DNA of 64,000 bases from Yuukianura sp. NJ FZ-2021 (Eukaryota), in NCBI GenBank assembly GCA_046563655.1, contig CM102289.1, forward strand, positions 9,920,001 through 9,984,000, given 5' to 3'. Made by a program: the position numbers and the translations under genes. How positions within the stretch are numbered: position 1 is the first letter of the stretch; every line of letters starts with the position of its first letter. The notes below the pieces were generated by a model. The model did no database searches. It was given only the letters and a program-made list of their open reading frames with translations, and had not been told where the DNA came from. Shown here piece by piece: positions 30,030 through 44,040 of the stretch.

Positions 30030-32768
30030 ATGGAAATGAATAGCCTTCTTCTGCTCGTGTCCTACTTGGGTAAACACAACTTTCACTCTCTTTGCTTTCT
30101 CCTCCACAAAACAGCCATTTGTAACAAAGGTTACAGTCACTTTGACATTGTCAAACCAATTCAGACTTTTCATTTTTCACAAATTTGGCTCACTCATACC
30201 TTCGAATGTAAATCCAAATTCATCCGCCATGTATTTCAACCAAGGAATTTTGAATAATCTCCTTCGAAATGTTATTTTTGAATCTTTTTTTTTCTTTTTG
30301 TTTGCAAAATCAGCAATTTCAAGGCGACTGTGAAAGTAAAACAATCCGAATCTTTTCTTTCGAACGTGTTAGTTGTCCAGTTTTGTTATCTTTAGCACTT
30401 TATTTGTCTTTTCAGAAGAAGCAAAAGTTATCATGAACTGAGCATGACATAACGAATTCACTTTATCTGCATCTTTCTTTAAAAAATAAAACCGCTGACA
30501 CAAACATTTCTTTTGTGGTGAGACTAATTTAGAGCGACAAAGAAAAGGAAAATGCTTCATCATAAATATTTTGATAAGAAAAGTTTTTGACGTGCATGAA
30601 ATTTTAGTGTACGTCATTTGACGTCTACTGGAATTAGTCACTGCGTAACCCAAACTGAAATGTTAGGATGAATTTGATTGGTGGGTTGAGGCGTTAAAGT
30701 ATTAATTTAACTTGCTAGGAGCGTAATAACTTAGTTTGGAGTTTAGTTGGAGATTGCGTGTTTAGATTAAGGGTGACATTGTAAGAGGCATGTGACGCCC
30801 CGTGTAATTTGTCATTTGCTTTCTCTGACAGGTGAATTTTCTGTCAAAAAAAAAGTTACAAAACATTTTAACTCAATCAGTCCCGTGAAATGCTGTTGGA
30901 AAAAGTTGTTTACTTGACTTTTTAGAGTAAACAACTATTTTTGACTTTTTAAATTGTTGTTGACTTTTTAGTAGGTCTGTTGAGCTTTGTGAGTGGCCAG
31001 AAGGTGCCGAGGGTGTCCATTACTCCATCGGATAATAGTGTTGCCAAATTCGAAGGAGAAAACTACTTGGTGTCATGCAAAGCCAATGACAACTTGCCGC
31101 TCAAGTGGCAAAACCCAAGACAGGAAGTGGTCGGCATGAATGAACAAAGGTAAACAACTAAATTTCAAAAACGACATTTTAAAAACCAATTTTTAAAATA
31201 TACTTTTTTGAAAAGTCGAATCCGGACAGAGGCGAACGTAGGTCTGGAGTTATATTTTACTGATATTAAAATGGAGGATTCTGGACCCTACCTGTGCAGT
31301 AGCAGAGGGGGCAAAGCTGGATTCAACCTCACTGTAGTTCGTAAGTTCAACGAATACAAACTGCACTAAAACCTTAAAAGTTTTTGTTTTCTAGTGAAGA
31401 TTGTCTAAAAAGTGAAAGTTTGGTGTATTTGTAGGCCCTATTGTGTTTGACACTAGTCTTGCAATTCAGTCTGCAAGAGAAGGGAATGACTTTGTGATGA
31501 GGTGCGTTGCACGCGGTCACACTGCAAACACCAAGATCAACTGGAGAATCGACTTCAAACTACCAGAAGGTACTTTTCAAATATTTAAAAAAAAAGACAA
31601 TTTCAAAAAAACTTTTTGAAACTTTTTGGAATTTCAGGAAGATTCAAGCAGCAGTCTGATGGTAACTTGCTGATTAGTCGCGTGCAGGAGGCTGACGGTC
31701 GTCGGAAGTACTTGTGTCGTGCAATGGACGTGAACCCTGCTCGTCCTGACACCAGAGACATGTCAGTCACACTCAAAGTTCAAAGTAAGCAAAACTTTTT
31801 CTCAAAATGTCATTCTCACAAAATCAAAAGTTGAATTTCAAAATCAAAATCAAAAGTTGTAAAATATTCCAAAGTTTCAAAAATATTTGAGTTTGAGAGT
31901 TTGACTCCACTTTTTAGCGAAACCGAAGTTGCACGGCCCTTCCCGGAAGAACATGTACGGAGTGGACGGCGCCTGGGCGAACTTGACGTGTCAAGTGCTG
32001 GCTGAACCCCCCGCCAGATTCGAGTGGTACATTGGCAACAAGCGACTCTTCAACTCTAACGAAATTGTCATCGTCAACCAAAGTGACAACCAGTCTGTGC
32101 TCCAGGTACACAATAATTGATTATAAATTAATTAATATAATTAATTAATCTAAGTTAATACATTTAGATGTTGATTCGGAGGAGTGCTGACTTTGGAGAC
32201 TACTTGTGTCGTGCAATAAATCAGATGGGGAGTGTTGACCAGACTTTGAGTCTGAAAAGAGCCAAGAAACCGCGCACGCCCACACTGTCCGTGTTTCAGC
32301 TGGGGTCAACTGGGGTGGCCGTGAGAGTAGTGAATCCACAGGACCCTGGGCGCTACAATGACCCAGCGACAGAGGGCGACAAAAGAGCACGCGCAGAAGA
32401 TCTCCCCGTCATTGGCTACACTGTGCAGTACAAAATGTTGAAGAAGGAGAACTGGATTGTAGTCCACAACGCAACACTCACCAACTACGGTAAGTCATTG
32501 ACCTTAGTTTGACAAGGTCATTGACCTTTGACCTTGGTTTTCTCTAGGGTTCATTTTGCGGAATCTGCATCCGAACGTGTCGTACTTCATCCGAGCGGCT
32601 TCTCGGAACCAGGCGTCAACAGGCGACTACAGCGCAGAACTAGAAATTCTAACTCCTAAAAATACTCCTTTCAATCCGCCACTCAATGCTGGCAGCACAC
32701 TCAAACCACGCCTAGAATACTCAATACTCAACGTAGCATTTATTACACTCCTAGGCATCAACGTCTAA
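30030..32768 (+). CDS. Ig-superfamily cell adhesion molecule, 3 Ig + 1 FN3 + hydrophobic (GPI-type) C-terminus; Klingon/Wrapper/fipi-type architecture
   Basis: Signal MEMNSLLLLVSYLG|LLSFVSG (exon 30030-30069 joined to 30974). Ig motifs LVSC...W...DSGPYLC, MRC...W...KYLCRA and NLTC...EW...DFGDYLCRA. FN3 motif IGYTVQY...LRNLHPNVSYFIRAASRN. Ends ILNVAFITLLGINV*. Orthology not resolved. Confidence 0.88.
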
Positions 32769-34122
32769 CTCCCTACATAAAAAAAACATGAAAACATTAA
32801 CATTAGTCCAACAGCAGGACATTACATGAAAGTCAAAAGTAATAGGACTTGTGGAAACGAAATTGCACAATCAGACATGGAAATGCTACCAGAAACACAT
32901 TTCCTCAGCTCATTCACTACATGAATAGAACAAACCAAAAATATTCTAACAATAAACTTAAAATTTCCTTTTTTAAGTTAAATTGAACACTGACATTGAA
33001 TTTTCAATTTACGTTTACCTATGCTACACTTCAGTTCTGTTGTGTTGTTGTTACAACTTATTTCCTTGTTACTAAAAGTTAAGTCCCACAATGTTCATTA
33101 ACTCTAGTCATTAGGATCAATCTGTAAGTGGGAATTTACCTCGTTCAGCTAAATTTTAACTAAAATTGTAATTAGAGTTAAACTAACTAAAAAGTTAAGA
33201 AGTTGGCTAAGAGTTGCGGTGGAGTGTTAGTGGTTTGACCTTTGACCTTTCGTGTTTAAACTCAACAAAAGGTGCTTGTGAGTTGTGTAGATACAGTTGA
33301 CCAGATAGACGGAGGAATGGGTGACCTAATTGTGAGCGTACCTTGGATGATTAACTTTAAAACTTATTCTAAAGTAGACTAAAATTAAGTTTTGAGAGTT
33401 ACTAAAGTTGCCAAATGTTAAAAGTATTTCTATTCCAAGTAAGTTATGAAGTGGAATAAGTTAGATGTGACCTCTCCTAAACTACATTTTCTGTTAAAGG
33501 TCAAAGGTTGTGACAACAGAACCACTAAAAACGTTAATTTTGTTCCAATTTCTTTCAATGCAGTGGTCTTCTTGTTCATCGGACGGTCTAAAATACTTAC
33601 TACAAAGCACAAATTGTTCCAAGTTCACATTCTTTCGTTACTTTGTTGCTAAGCGACGTTATTCCATTTAAAGTGGGTACAAACTTGAAGTGGACAACTC
33701 AAACCGAAAACTAATTTAAGATTCAAAATATTGTTACGTTCGTGGCTAAATGCAGTGCTTCGTGTAGTTTTTTTAAAATACTAAAGTGCTTGTCGAGTTA
33801 ATTTCTACAACTAATTAGTCAACCAATGAATTCATTTAAAAGTTAAGAAAATACTCGTGATACCAAAACTCTCGATTCCATCATCATCGCAGTGTGAAAT
33901 TTTGAATTGGCATGAAATAGGAAAGTTTAGCTTTAAACTAACTTTGAGGTGTTAAAAACTCAATTCTCGTTTAGTATTATAGTTAGACGACTATAAAACA
34001 AATTTAACAAATCGTCTATTATAAAATACTATAAACAAATTATAATTATTCCACGAGGATGAATGGGTTCAACAAAATAAATAAAATTGCTTTTCCATAC
34101 AACTCCACCGATTTCTTCAAGT

Positions 34123-37100
34123 TCAGTGGCGTCGGCGTCCAAGTTCATTTCTAGAAAATTTTAAAACTTACTGCTCATAAAAAATTGAATAAAAGGCTCA
34201 ATTCATAGCATTTATAAAGACAAGAAATTTTATTTAGGTTCTTACAGCAGCCTTTAGTCAACAGTATTCCATTCCAAAGATTCATTTTACATGCAAAAAA
34301 TTGGGTGTGATGGGGACATTTTTTGAAAAACTTAAATTTTTAAGTCACGCGGACATTAGGCGAAAATAAACTTAAAACTATATGGATGGGTGGAAATTGT
34401 GAGTACAAATGCACAAAATAAGCCTCTTTTAAATAAACTTAGTCAAGTAAAAATTAACTTTTAGTGCAAATATCTGTAAATTAGGGTTGTAAACTTAATT
34501 TAAGTGGATACGAAGGAGAAAGTTAAATGTTGAAGTGGACCATTGCTCAAGTTGGAGTTGAATTAGACCGATTGGCGAAACTGTAGAAGAGTTTTGAAGT
34601 TTTTTGAAGATTTCAACTGTTCATAAAATCAGAAGAGGAATCGTGCACACAGTTAGAACTTCCAGAATTAAGTACAAAATGGACTTCCTTGTAATTGCAA
34701 TGTTACGATTTTTTCGATGCGAACAAAATAATTTTTGAGCGTAGGGAGAGAGTGTCGAAGTGTCAAAAAAATCACAGGGAAAATACTGGGACGCGGTTTG
34801 TTAGAGATCATCATCATCACAGACATTTTTCCAACTCGAGTCTTTCGAAATGGTCAATTTTTGGAATTTAGTCAAAAAATTTAGTGTCTTCCACTTTTTC
34901 CAAAATTTGAGCAAAGTAGGCGGAGCACTCGTAAAAAAGTGTCTTAACTCCGAGAAATCGTTATGGTTTTCCAGGATTTAATTGAAGTTTGGAATTAAAT
35001 GGCGACGGTGGAGTTGGATTTTTTAGAACTCTGGCGCGGAATGTTCGTGAAAGTCAAAATCGTAGCGTAGCGCGAATTTTAAAGTGAGAGTAATTTGTAC
35101 CTTGTGATCCATCTAATGGTTACTTTCTGACTGTTTGGCATAAGAAGTGAAGTTAAAGTGAAGAAGTGGCAACTTAGTAGCCACCGTAGCCATCGTGTCC
35201 AGAAGATCGTGAGTAGGACCCACCGTAGCCACCACCACTGTACATTGTATGCACGTACGAAACAGTCAGTTTTTACTGAAGTGAATAAAGACAAATGAAC
35301 GTAGAAAAGCAATGCTGGATAAGGTGGTCGGAAATGGCGGGAACGTTTAAAATTTCCGACGTTAACCGAAGCTCAGTTCCTCGAGAATTCAATTCAATTT
35401 AACGCGAATTTCAAAGGTAGGAAACTGTCGGAGATTTTTTTTTAAAAGGTTGGACTGTTTGCGATGGAGCGGCGACATTTAGGATTTTCTTAATCGGGAA
35501 GTGCAGTTTAAACGGTTGATGATGATAATTTACCTTGCCCTTCCGGCTGGGGATCGACTGCGATGTCTGGAGGAGGAACTGTAGCTTCCACCGCCGCCAG
35601 AGCCACCACCGTAGCCACGGCTTCCCCCACCGCGCGAAGAACCGTAGTCGTCGTAACGACTCCCGCGACTGTCCCCGTCACGACCGCTGCTTCCTCTGTA
35701 CCCTACACAATCCCCAGTCCAATTTTAGTCCAAGTTTTTAGTAGAAGTAGTAAAGTTTACTACAGGGTAACTTCATTTCCGTTTCACTCAGGCGACAGAC
35801 ATACTCAACCAACAGTTTGTAAAAATACGACGCAGAAGTGGGTACAACCGAAGGACAAAGTTAGTTTCAACCAAAATAAGAAAAGCGACAACACTTCAAA
35901 AGTTAGTGACCGTGCGAATATGCCAGTGACGACACGAAGAACTGAAGAGTTTAAATTTGCCGCATCTTTCGGAGTTATTTGCGTGAAATCGGTTGCGTAA
36001 AGTGGAAGTTTAAATGAAAATAAGAAGACGGAAATAGTGTCCGGGAATAGTTTTACTCACTTAATATTTTTTTGTTTTTGCAACATGTGTATTTGGAGAT
36101 AGTTGTTGAGTAGTTTAGTAGATTTCGTTCACAGGTACTGTGAAGATAACGTTAAAGGTGGATTAATTGGCGGAGATGCGTTAACTATTCAATTAACAAA
36201 TGATATAAATAGAGCCGAAGTGTTGGGTAGAAAAGTATACGCGAAATGGAGTCAACCGTCATGATCACACACCTATCTCACTCGGTATGAGCAACAAATG
36301 GGATATTTGCGTAAAAAATTAGTGAGACATTTATGGTATAAATGGAGTCTCAGAAATTTGTACAAAATAAAGAAGAAAGAAACAAGTGCAAAACAAATGG
36401 TATCGGGTGAGGTTACTAGACTGCACGAAGAGATTGGAAAGCTCTAGTTATTCCATCCACCTTCCTGTTGGTCATACGTACCACGAGAGCCGCCGCCGCC
36501 GCCGTAGCCACCGCCACGACTGTAGCCTCCACCTCCACCATCTCGGTACCCTAAACCATGGAACCACACTTATGAATGCTTTCGGCTCTCAATTAATTCA
36601 TCTCATCCCCTTCCCTCACTGATCACCTTATTCACTACACAGCTAAACTGCTGATAGTCAACGTCTCCAACTAACGGCATCAATCATTTCACTCATTCAT
36701 ACTCTACAGTCATCTCATCAAGCAAACTAATCAACTTGTACTATTAAACTTATCTAAATTGAAATGAAAGCACTAACCTCCGCCTCCACGTCCACCGCCA
36801 CCTCCACGGTATCCTCCTCCGCCATCACGGCCTCCATAACCTCCGCCGTCACGACCTCCGTAGCCACCTCCTCCCGAACGATCACCGTACCCACCACCTC
36901 CACGTCCACGGCCTAATAAACAATCAATTCATTAATCTTAATAGAAGTCAATAAAAAGAACCACCAAAAGATATCAAATCAACCAGTTTCGGTTTAGTAC
37001 TCTGCGAAATAGGTACTAAGTTAGGTGAATTACGGTAAGCGTTTACTTACCACCTCCTCCACCATAACCGCCACCACCGCGGCCTCCCCCACGAGGTCCA

Positions 37101-37428
37101 CGAGGACGCGAAACCTCAACTCGTAGCTTGCAGTTCATGAACTCTTCTCCGTTGAGTCCTTCCACAGCGGATTGTGCATCTGCTTCATCCTCGAAGTTCA
37201 CAAAGGCAAATCCAGGCGGGTTGAATGCAACCTAAACATAATGCCAAAACAATTAATTGTAATTTTTGAAGAACTTAAGGGTACATAAGAGTGTTATTTG
37301 TGTGAATAACTTACCCAGACATGCTCACACTTTCCGTACTTGCTGAAGAGACCCTCGAGATCCTCCCTTTTCACATCCTGATTGATTCCCCCCACGTAAA
37401 GACGGGTAGCCTCTCCCCGATCACCCAT
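34123..37428 (-). CDS. Rsf1: Rsf1-like SR-family RNA-binding protein (RRM + Gly/Arg/Ser-rich tail) with alternative 3' ends
   Basis: [14 protein letters not shown]...[29 protein letters not shown] closely resembles insect Rsf1, followed by a GR/GY-rich tail and RSRSP. Exons 37428-37315, 37231-37051, 36912-36778, 36550-36482, 35702-35534, then either 35237-35174 (stop) or 34150-34123 (stop). Confidence 0.88.
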
Positions 37429-38307
37429 GTCCCCTGCAATCACAACACAATTAGAACAGAACAGGTCAAAGGTCAATCTTCCCTCTATTCCTATGCAGTC
37501 CCCGACTACTGCAGTGCGGTGTCGTCAAAATGGGCGTCGCATTGCACCAGACATCTTATCCTACTACTTTAATCGGTTTCATGTCGATTCAGCAAGTGAC
37601 AACAGACCGGGAATTAAATTTTACACAGACCAATGGTGTACCCTTCACGAAGTACCCTGATTTCAAGCTTCTACAGCTTAAAATACTCCCTTTGGATACC
37701 GCATTCCGGCACCCGGTACTGATAAGCCCGCAACGTCGGTAAATCGTAATTTGTGCGTGAATAAAGAAAGTACTGACCTGTTAGATGTTGTAAGTGATGG
37801 AATGGATGGGGACTTGATTGACGATTAGCCTAAAAAGGCTCGAAGTTGGCGAAGACGATTGAAGAAAGTACGTCCACGGACGTACCTGTTCCTTGGTTGA
37901 GTCTATTTTCCGTAGTGAATCCAGAATCGGAAGATGGACGCTGTGCAAAGACAAAGCTCCACGCCGCACTCAACAAAAAGCCCCCTCCTCGCTTTTTTCC
38001 AACTCAAGCTTGGCTTCTTTTCTCCGCCAATCAAAACCCTCCTTTCTCCCCCTTTCCCTCCCAACCCCCTTCTCCCTCTCCTGGTCCCTGCTTTCACCAC
38101 GCCCACAAAAACACCGCCAAAAACAACACACAAACACACGCTGTCTTTTTATACACACACATTTCAATCGTGTAAACACTTACACGCAAAAGCTATGGTG
38201 ACATCATGAATCATGGACACTGTCCATTGGACATGACAACTTTAAATTTTACAACTTTACTTAAACGTTAATGTGAAGTATCTAAAATACTATGTATAAT
38301 AAATTAA

Positions 38308-40651
38308 CTACGTTGCATCCGTCAAAACTGCCATCAGAATTTCCATTTTGTTGAGGAAATTCTTCCCTTCCAGTTTGTCCATGTCCAATGCTCGAAAAGT
38401 TGACAGATCCTCCGTCTCCATGGATTTTTCAGTCTCAGCAGTACTTGGAGACTTGACAAATACTTGGATCCCTGTGATCGGATTTTGAGGACTCACACGC
38501 ACACCGATAACTCTGTAAATAGAATTTACAAAGTTAATTACAAAGTAAGGTTAATTATGTTCAAAATGCTTTCTGTAACTGTGGATTGTCTCACCGTTTG
38601 CCATTCGGCGAAGTAAGCAAAGCTCCAGTTGCATTTCCCAGAAGTTCGCATTCCCCAACGCCCAAATGACAACTGCTAGCAGATACGAACCAACCCACTA
38701 ATTTAGCCAACGACTGAAGTACCATGATCTGATGAACTGCAATCTGAAACAAATTCAACAACTATAAACTAAACTTACTTTGTAATGTAAAAGTGGTGGA
38801 ATTTACCTGTGACAGAATGACATCTCGGAGTTCTTGTGGTTCATATGACAGATGAATGGCCTTTCCGTCTTTCAAAATGCACTTGAGCGACTTTTCTTTG
38901 ACATGGATAAGGAGAGGTGTGCGAATAGTTGCGTCGTAACCGGAAGACAGCAGATTGATTCTGACACAGGAATGGGTGACTGCGTTTAGCGAAGCCCATT
39001 GAGTGATGATCAGTGGATCTCGTATGTCTTTTGCAAGGGAATCAAGCAGTATCATCGTACGAAGTCGGAGAACGACGTGCTGGGCTTGACGAATGATCTC
39101 TTCCAGTATTGTTTCCCTAGTATAACAAAAAGTAATTAATTAGTTAAGTTAATTAATTAGTCTAGCCCTTGTAACTTCTTATTCTCACCTCTTATTCATA
39201 TTTACAAGCGTTTGTTTATCGCAAGCCAAGGGTCCGGCTAATCTCCGTTTTTTAGAAACTCCGACTGGGGCAGTTGCTGGATGCGGCATCGGAAGACAAT
39301 TGTTTCTCCGATGAACATCACGCAGAAGTTGATGCAAAGAATGCTCAAGAACGGCGTTGTGATGGGCTATCGCAGTTGGAGAAGTTGTCGAAGTGCCTTT
39401 TCCGGTATTTTCATGACACAATCCAATAACTAGCAAAACATTTGGAAACAAAGTGGCCGTGATTTGATTTCCAACGACAGAAGGTGGCATCGGCAAGTCG
39501 TTCAGTTGAACAGCATCTCTCGCCATCAATGAAAAAAGTTCTCTGCAAAATAGAACATTCTGAGCCGCCTCCAGACGAGGTTGCCACTGGGCCTCGTGTG
39601 GATGGATATAAGCTCCGAGTGGTCCAATGTTGGCCATACTCAGAGTGTCTTGATTCTGTTGAATGACGACATGGATGTAAGAGTTCCCTTGCAGTTCGTG
39701 AGGAATAATGACTCGGAGTGCTGAAGTTGGTTTAGGTTGTGACCCATTCTGGAGGTCATCTAGAAGGTCACTCTGAGTACTTGGATCGTCTTCGGCTTTC
39801 TGTAGTTCGAATAATCCGGCTTGTGGAAATCGAGATCCAGCAGTCTTGTAAGAAAGATCTCCAAGTATCGTGTTCCCTACTTTTCGAAGTCTCCAGTTTT
39901 GTCGTAGACGTAATAACTCCATGTGAAAATCCTGCAAGGATGAAGTTTTCGATTTAGAGTCGTTGAGAGCCATTCGTAGTCTTTCAGCGCCTTGCAGCAA
40001 CACAGTTGAAGCAGCAGCCAGTGCCTAAGCAAAAAAAAATCGCATTTACATGTGTATTTAGTAATTGAAGTTCGGAAATGGATGTGATTGTACCTTTTTC
40101 TTGTAAATCAAGGTCACTCCTGCTCTAGGATCAGGGTGGTCTGCTTGGACGGGGTCAAGTACCAAATACTTCTTTTGCTGACTCAGCTGTAAAATGTCAC
40201 TTAGGACACACAGTTCTGTCAAGGCATTTCTGCAAAAAATAGACAGGAATAACTTTTGAACATGAATCACTGACAAAGATTAGTTGAGATTCGTTCTCTG
40301 CTAACCTTAGCTTATTTCTCATTTGATCCCAGGGCCAAGTGGCAAGCGTTTTAAAAGTTCCATCTTCTTGCTCATCCGTTTTCTCCGCCTCGCTTTCTGC
40401 AGCATCCGGTATCCCAGTTCCTGAAAAATCTATCCGATGTGCAAGTCGTGTGAGACTTTCAGTCATGGACAGCGGCCTGCAATAAATGAAAAGTGTTTAC
40501 TGCTCTTTCATAACAGCAAATGTACAACTGTCGTTCTAATCATATTGTATTGTTACGTTTGTAAAAGTTCTTGTCCATCGTAAGTGATTTCATGGACAAG
40601 GTTCTCCGCTGGCACTTCCACGGATACCATCACTCCATAGTTGTTGCTCAT
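38308..40651 (-). CDS. MED17: Mediator of RNA polymerase II transcription subunit 17, multi-exon
   Basis: N-terminal VSVE...EITYDGQE...PLSMTESLTRLAHRIDF, WPWDQMRNKLR, NALTELCVLSDIL, DFHMELLRLRQNWRLRKVGNTILGDLSYKTAGS and LEAAQNVLFCRELFS are all MED17 signature segments. Confidence 0.95.
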
Positions 40652-43600
40652 GATTACTTTCTGGCAGATTAACAACACTGGAAAACCAAATTAAAATTTC
40701 ATTTTCTGTTTTATGATTACAAAGCAAATGACACCTACCTCTCTCTGAATATCCACGATATGTCGCAGCATCAACTGTGACACTGAAGAAAAGTAACGGT
40801 TCTATAATTGTCAAATGTTGAATTAACAATTAGAAGTTAATTAAAAAAAGACGAAAAAATGAGCGGTAGTAAATTAAAAATTTAGAGTTTTACTTTTGAC
40901 TTTGAATTTCTCTTTTGAAGTTTTGAAAAAAGTTCCCGCAATTTTGTCTTATGGTCAAGAGAGGGAGATTGCTAATTCTAGGAAAATATCAGAAACTACT
41001 GCCATGGCTTTCTCTTTTACAACGAATGAGAAGAAAGTTGTGGAGGATTCCTGTTACCCTTTTGGTCCGCAATCCAAGTTACTTTCATATAAAGTGGAAA
41101 ACTAACCAAACATCCTGCACTGACTTGATATTAGTTTCACATGAACTTCACTCCGACAATCTAAGCAACATGTCATCAAAGGTCACTGGAACAGTCGGCA
41201 GAAGCTAAAATGAACATTTTAAAGGGAGGTAAGAACAAAAATGAAATGCGACCTTTAAAATTAAACGGAAATCAAAGTAATAAATCTTGTTCGGGAGAAG
41301 CAATGCTACATTAGAAGTTGTGTAAAGAACAAAGGGGTTTTGGCCACACTTGTCAGTGGTTGTTGTTGATGAGCGTGATGATGGGGGTAGATGAGGTTTT
41401 AATGACACGCATTCTTAGATGGTTTCAAAGAACACGGCTAACTTCCGATTTCCAGTGGATGACATTGTTTGTGCTGATGCAATGGTGGGCATGATTGATC
41501 ATTTAACTCTTCCAGATTCCAGTGACAAGTGGATTGTGGATTAGGCATGACGCAAGTACAGACAAGTTGCATCTCACTTCCTCTCATCATTACCATCTCC
41601 ATTCTGCGGTCCACCAACAATTCAATTCAAAGGGGTGACTATTTCTGGTAAAACGATGACCAAGGATTGGTGAATCGCTTCTCAACTTTCCAGTTGGAAT
41701 TAAGCGATTGATGCGGTGAGCATGGAGACCTCCGAGGTTAAAAGCGTCATCCATCAACAGCCTTTCACTAAACACCCTCCGTCGTCACCAGTTTCATGTC
41801 CAAGGATTAGTCAGTGTCCATTGCACCTCTTCTTTTATTCATCACTCTCCGCCCCACCTAATTTCTACAATCAAATTAATCTCCACGCTAAAAATTTTAA
41901 ACACAACAGAAACAGAAAAAACCACAAAAATTCCTTTTATAGGCTAAGTTAGTTAAGAATTAATCTTTGTAAATGTTGTTTAATTTGAATTTGCTAAGTT
42001 CTGGAGTGATTGATGGGAGAAAAGGTGCTGAGACGTGCATTTTGCGTGTGCTTGAGAGAAAGAGAAGAGAGAAAGAGTGAAAGTGACAATGGGAGTGATT
42101 AGCCTTGGAGACGGAGTAATTAGCATCTCAGAGGGTGACAAATAGAGACTTTCTCCTTCAGTTGAAAAAGAAGATAAATTCTTTTGGTGGCTCTAAAATC
42201 GGTGGGTCTTGAAATTTTGGTGGAGCAGAAGGGTAGAGCAGGCGGAACGGCAATTAGTGAAATGAAGTCTCGGATGGAAAAATTGAGAAGAAGGAAACAG
42301 AGAAATCTCATTTCACCAAATCAAAGAGGGATTAGTGCCACGGAGAAAGCCAAGGGGAAAGTTGAATAATTACGAAACATCTTAACTTCCATTTTTCAAA
42401 AATAAAGAAAATCAAAATTCAAAAGGACATAGGCTCAAGCTTTTCTTATTTTTTAAAATTTTCAAAATTTCAATTTTCAGTCTCAAATGACTAACATTTT
42501 TTTCAAGTGTAATAAAATATGAAAGTCACAGCGGAAGTGGTTTTGATGAACAGAAACAAAGGAGGCGTCATAAATCTAAACACAAACAATACCGCCTAAT
42601 TCAATGCTCAAAACTAAATGCTCCGAGACGAATTTTTTTATGAACTCTCCATTTCCAAACTCATTTTGACCAACTTTTACACTTTTTAGTTCACAAGGAA
42701 TAACTTTTTAGTAGAATCTGTTTCCGTTTGAATGATTTGTACCGTAATTTGCGGGTAATAAAATACTTCCGCTCTCTTTTTAATGTTACTGAGCGTATGC
42801 TGGGTAATGGACACTTGTCACCAAACAGGTAAATTATTAGCACCAACTTTGTATTTTTATGGATCCCTTGATTAAGGGCTCATTCGCAATTCGACAAGGG
42901 CTCTCACGAGTGGATGGTGGGTACTTTGTCTCACCATCTCAGATCAAGGGCCCCCTTTTCGAAAGTGTAAATCATTGAACTGGATCCAACTGAGAGAGGA
43001 CTGGGAGCAACAGTCATAAAATTGCTAAATTCCAATTCGTTTTGCACTTTCCTTTGTTAAAAGTTGGAGTGAGAAGTTTATTTTGGGCGGTGGAGTTTTG
43101 AGAATCGGCGTTCAATAGAGTGTTAAAATCAATCCATCGGGTGTCAAAGGGTGGGAAATTTACAAGGGTGGGAAATTCTCCCTCTCTTCACATCTTCTTT
43201 CTCTCACAAAACAAAAATCATCTCAAATTTCAATTCAGAGATCAATTTCTCTTTTGAAAAATTGAACACCAGCCGGCAAGAATGGAAAATGGACTTATTT
43301 AAATGTGGACTCTTAAATTTTCATTACACATTTAATAGTAATTTCGGAATGTTCAATGTTGCGTCCAAGTGATCTGCATTTGAAAGCCTTATTTTGTTAT
43401 TACCTTTGAAATGGCATGATTTTGACCTTCCCTTAAGAGACAAACACCTGAAAGTGCCATAAAATCCAGAGCAGAGAGAAACTATCTGTCACTCCGACTT
43501 TTAGTGCCTCCGAAATACAATTTAGCACATTCGGCAGAGGGGAGAACAACAATGGAAGTAGCTATTTCTGCATTCTGATTTGCATTCCTGCGCAAGAGCA

Positions 43601-43992
43601 GTTCAGTTGCAGAAGTAATGGGCCATGGCCATCCATTCCTCCTGCTCTCATAAAAGTCAAGAATCAACTTTGATCTTTAGGACTCTGAAGATTTAGCATC
43701 GACAGTCTCCTGCTTTTCCATTGTTTCCATTGTGTTGCTAATTTGTAAAAAGTGAAACTACTCGGCCTCCTTTCATCTGCCTCGCCTCTTAAACTCTTAT
43801 TAAATGATCCTAAACGGCCCTTAAGGGCCCAAAGGGACACCAATTTGTGTTTTAGTTTTATGCAGATCTGTCTTAAATTCTCAGTTTTAAGGCAAAGGGG
43901 TCACCTAAGGGCCCCCTGACACAACTTTCAAATCAAATTTTCAAAGCGAAGAGCAGCGTCACTTGAAATGGTTGTCCGTTACGAATCGTAAC

Positions 43993-44040
43993 TTACGATG
44001 TCACTGCGTTACGATGTCAGTCCGGTTACGATGTCACTGC
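43993..44040 (+). repeat. Short tandem repeat, 3 copies of TTACGATGTCA(C/G)T
   Basis: ttacgatgtcactgcg ttacgatgtcagtccgg ttacgatgtcactgc, preceded by the palindrome gttacgaatcgtaac. Confidence 0.8.

Noticed and set aside
35563..36000. 145-aa Thr/Ala-rich plus-strand ORF
   Set aside because: It is the antisense shadow of the Gly-rich Rsf1 exon 35534-35702.
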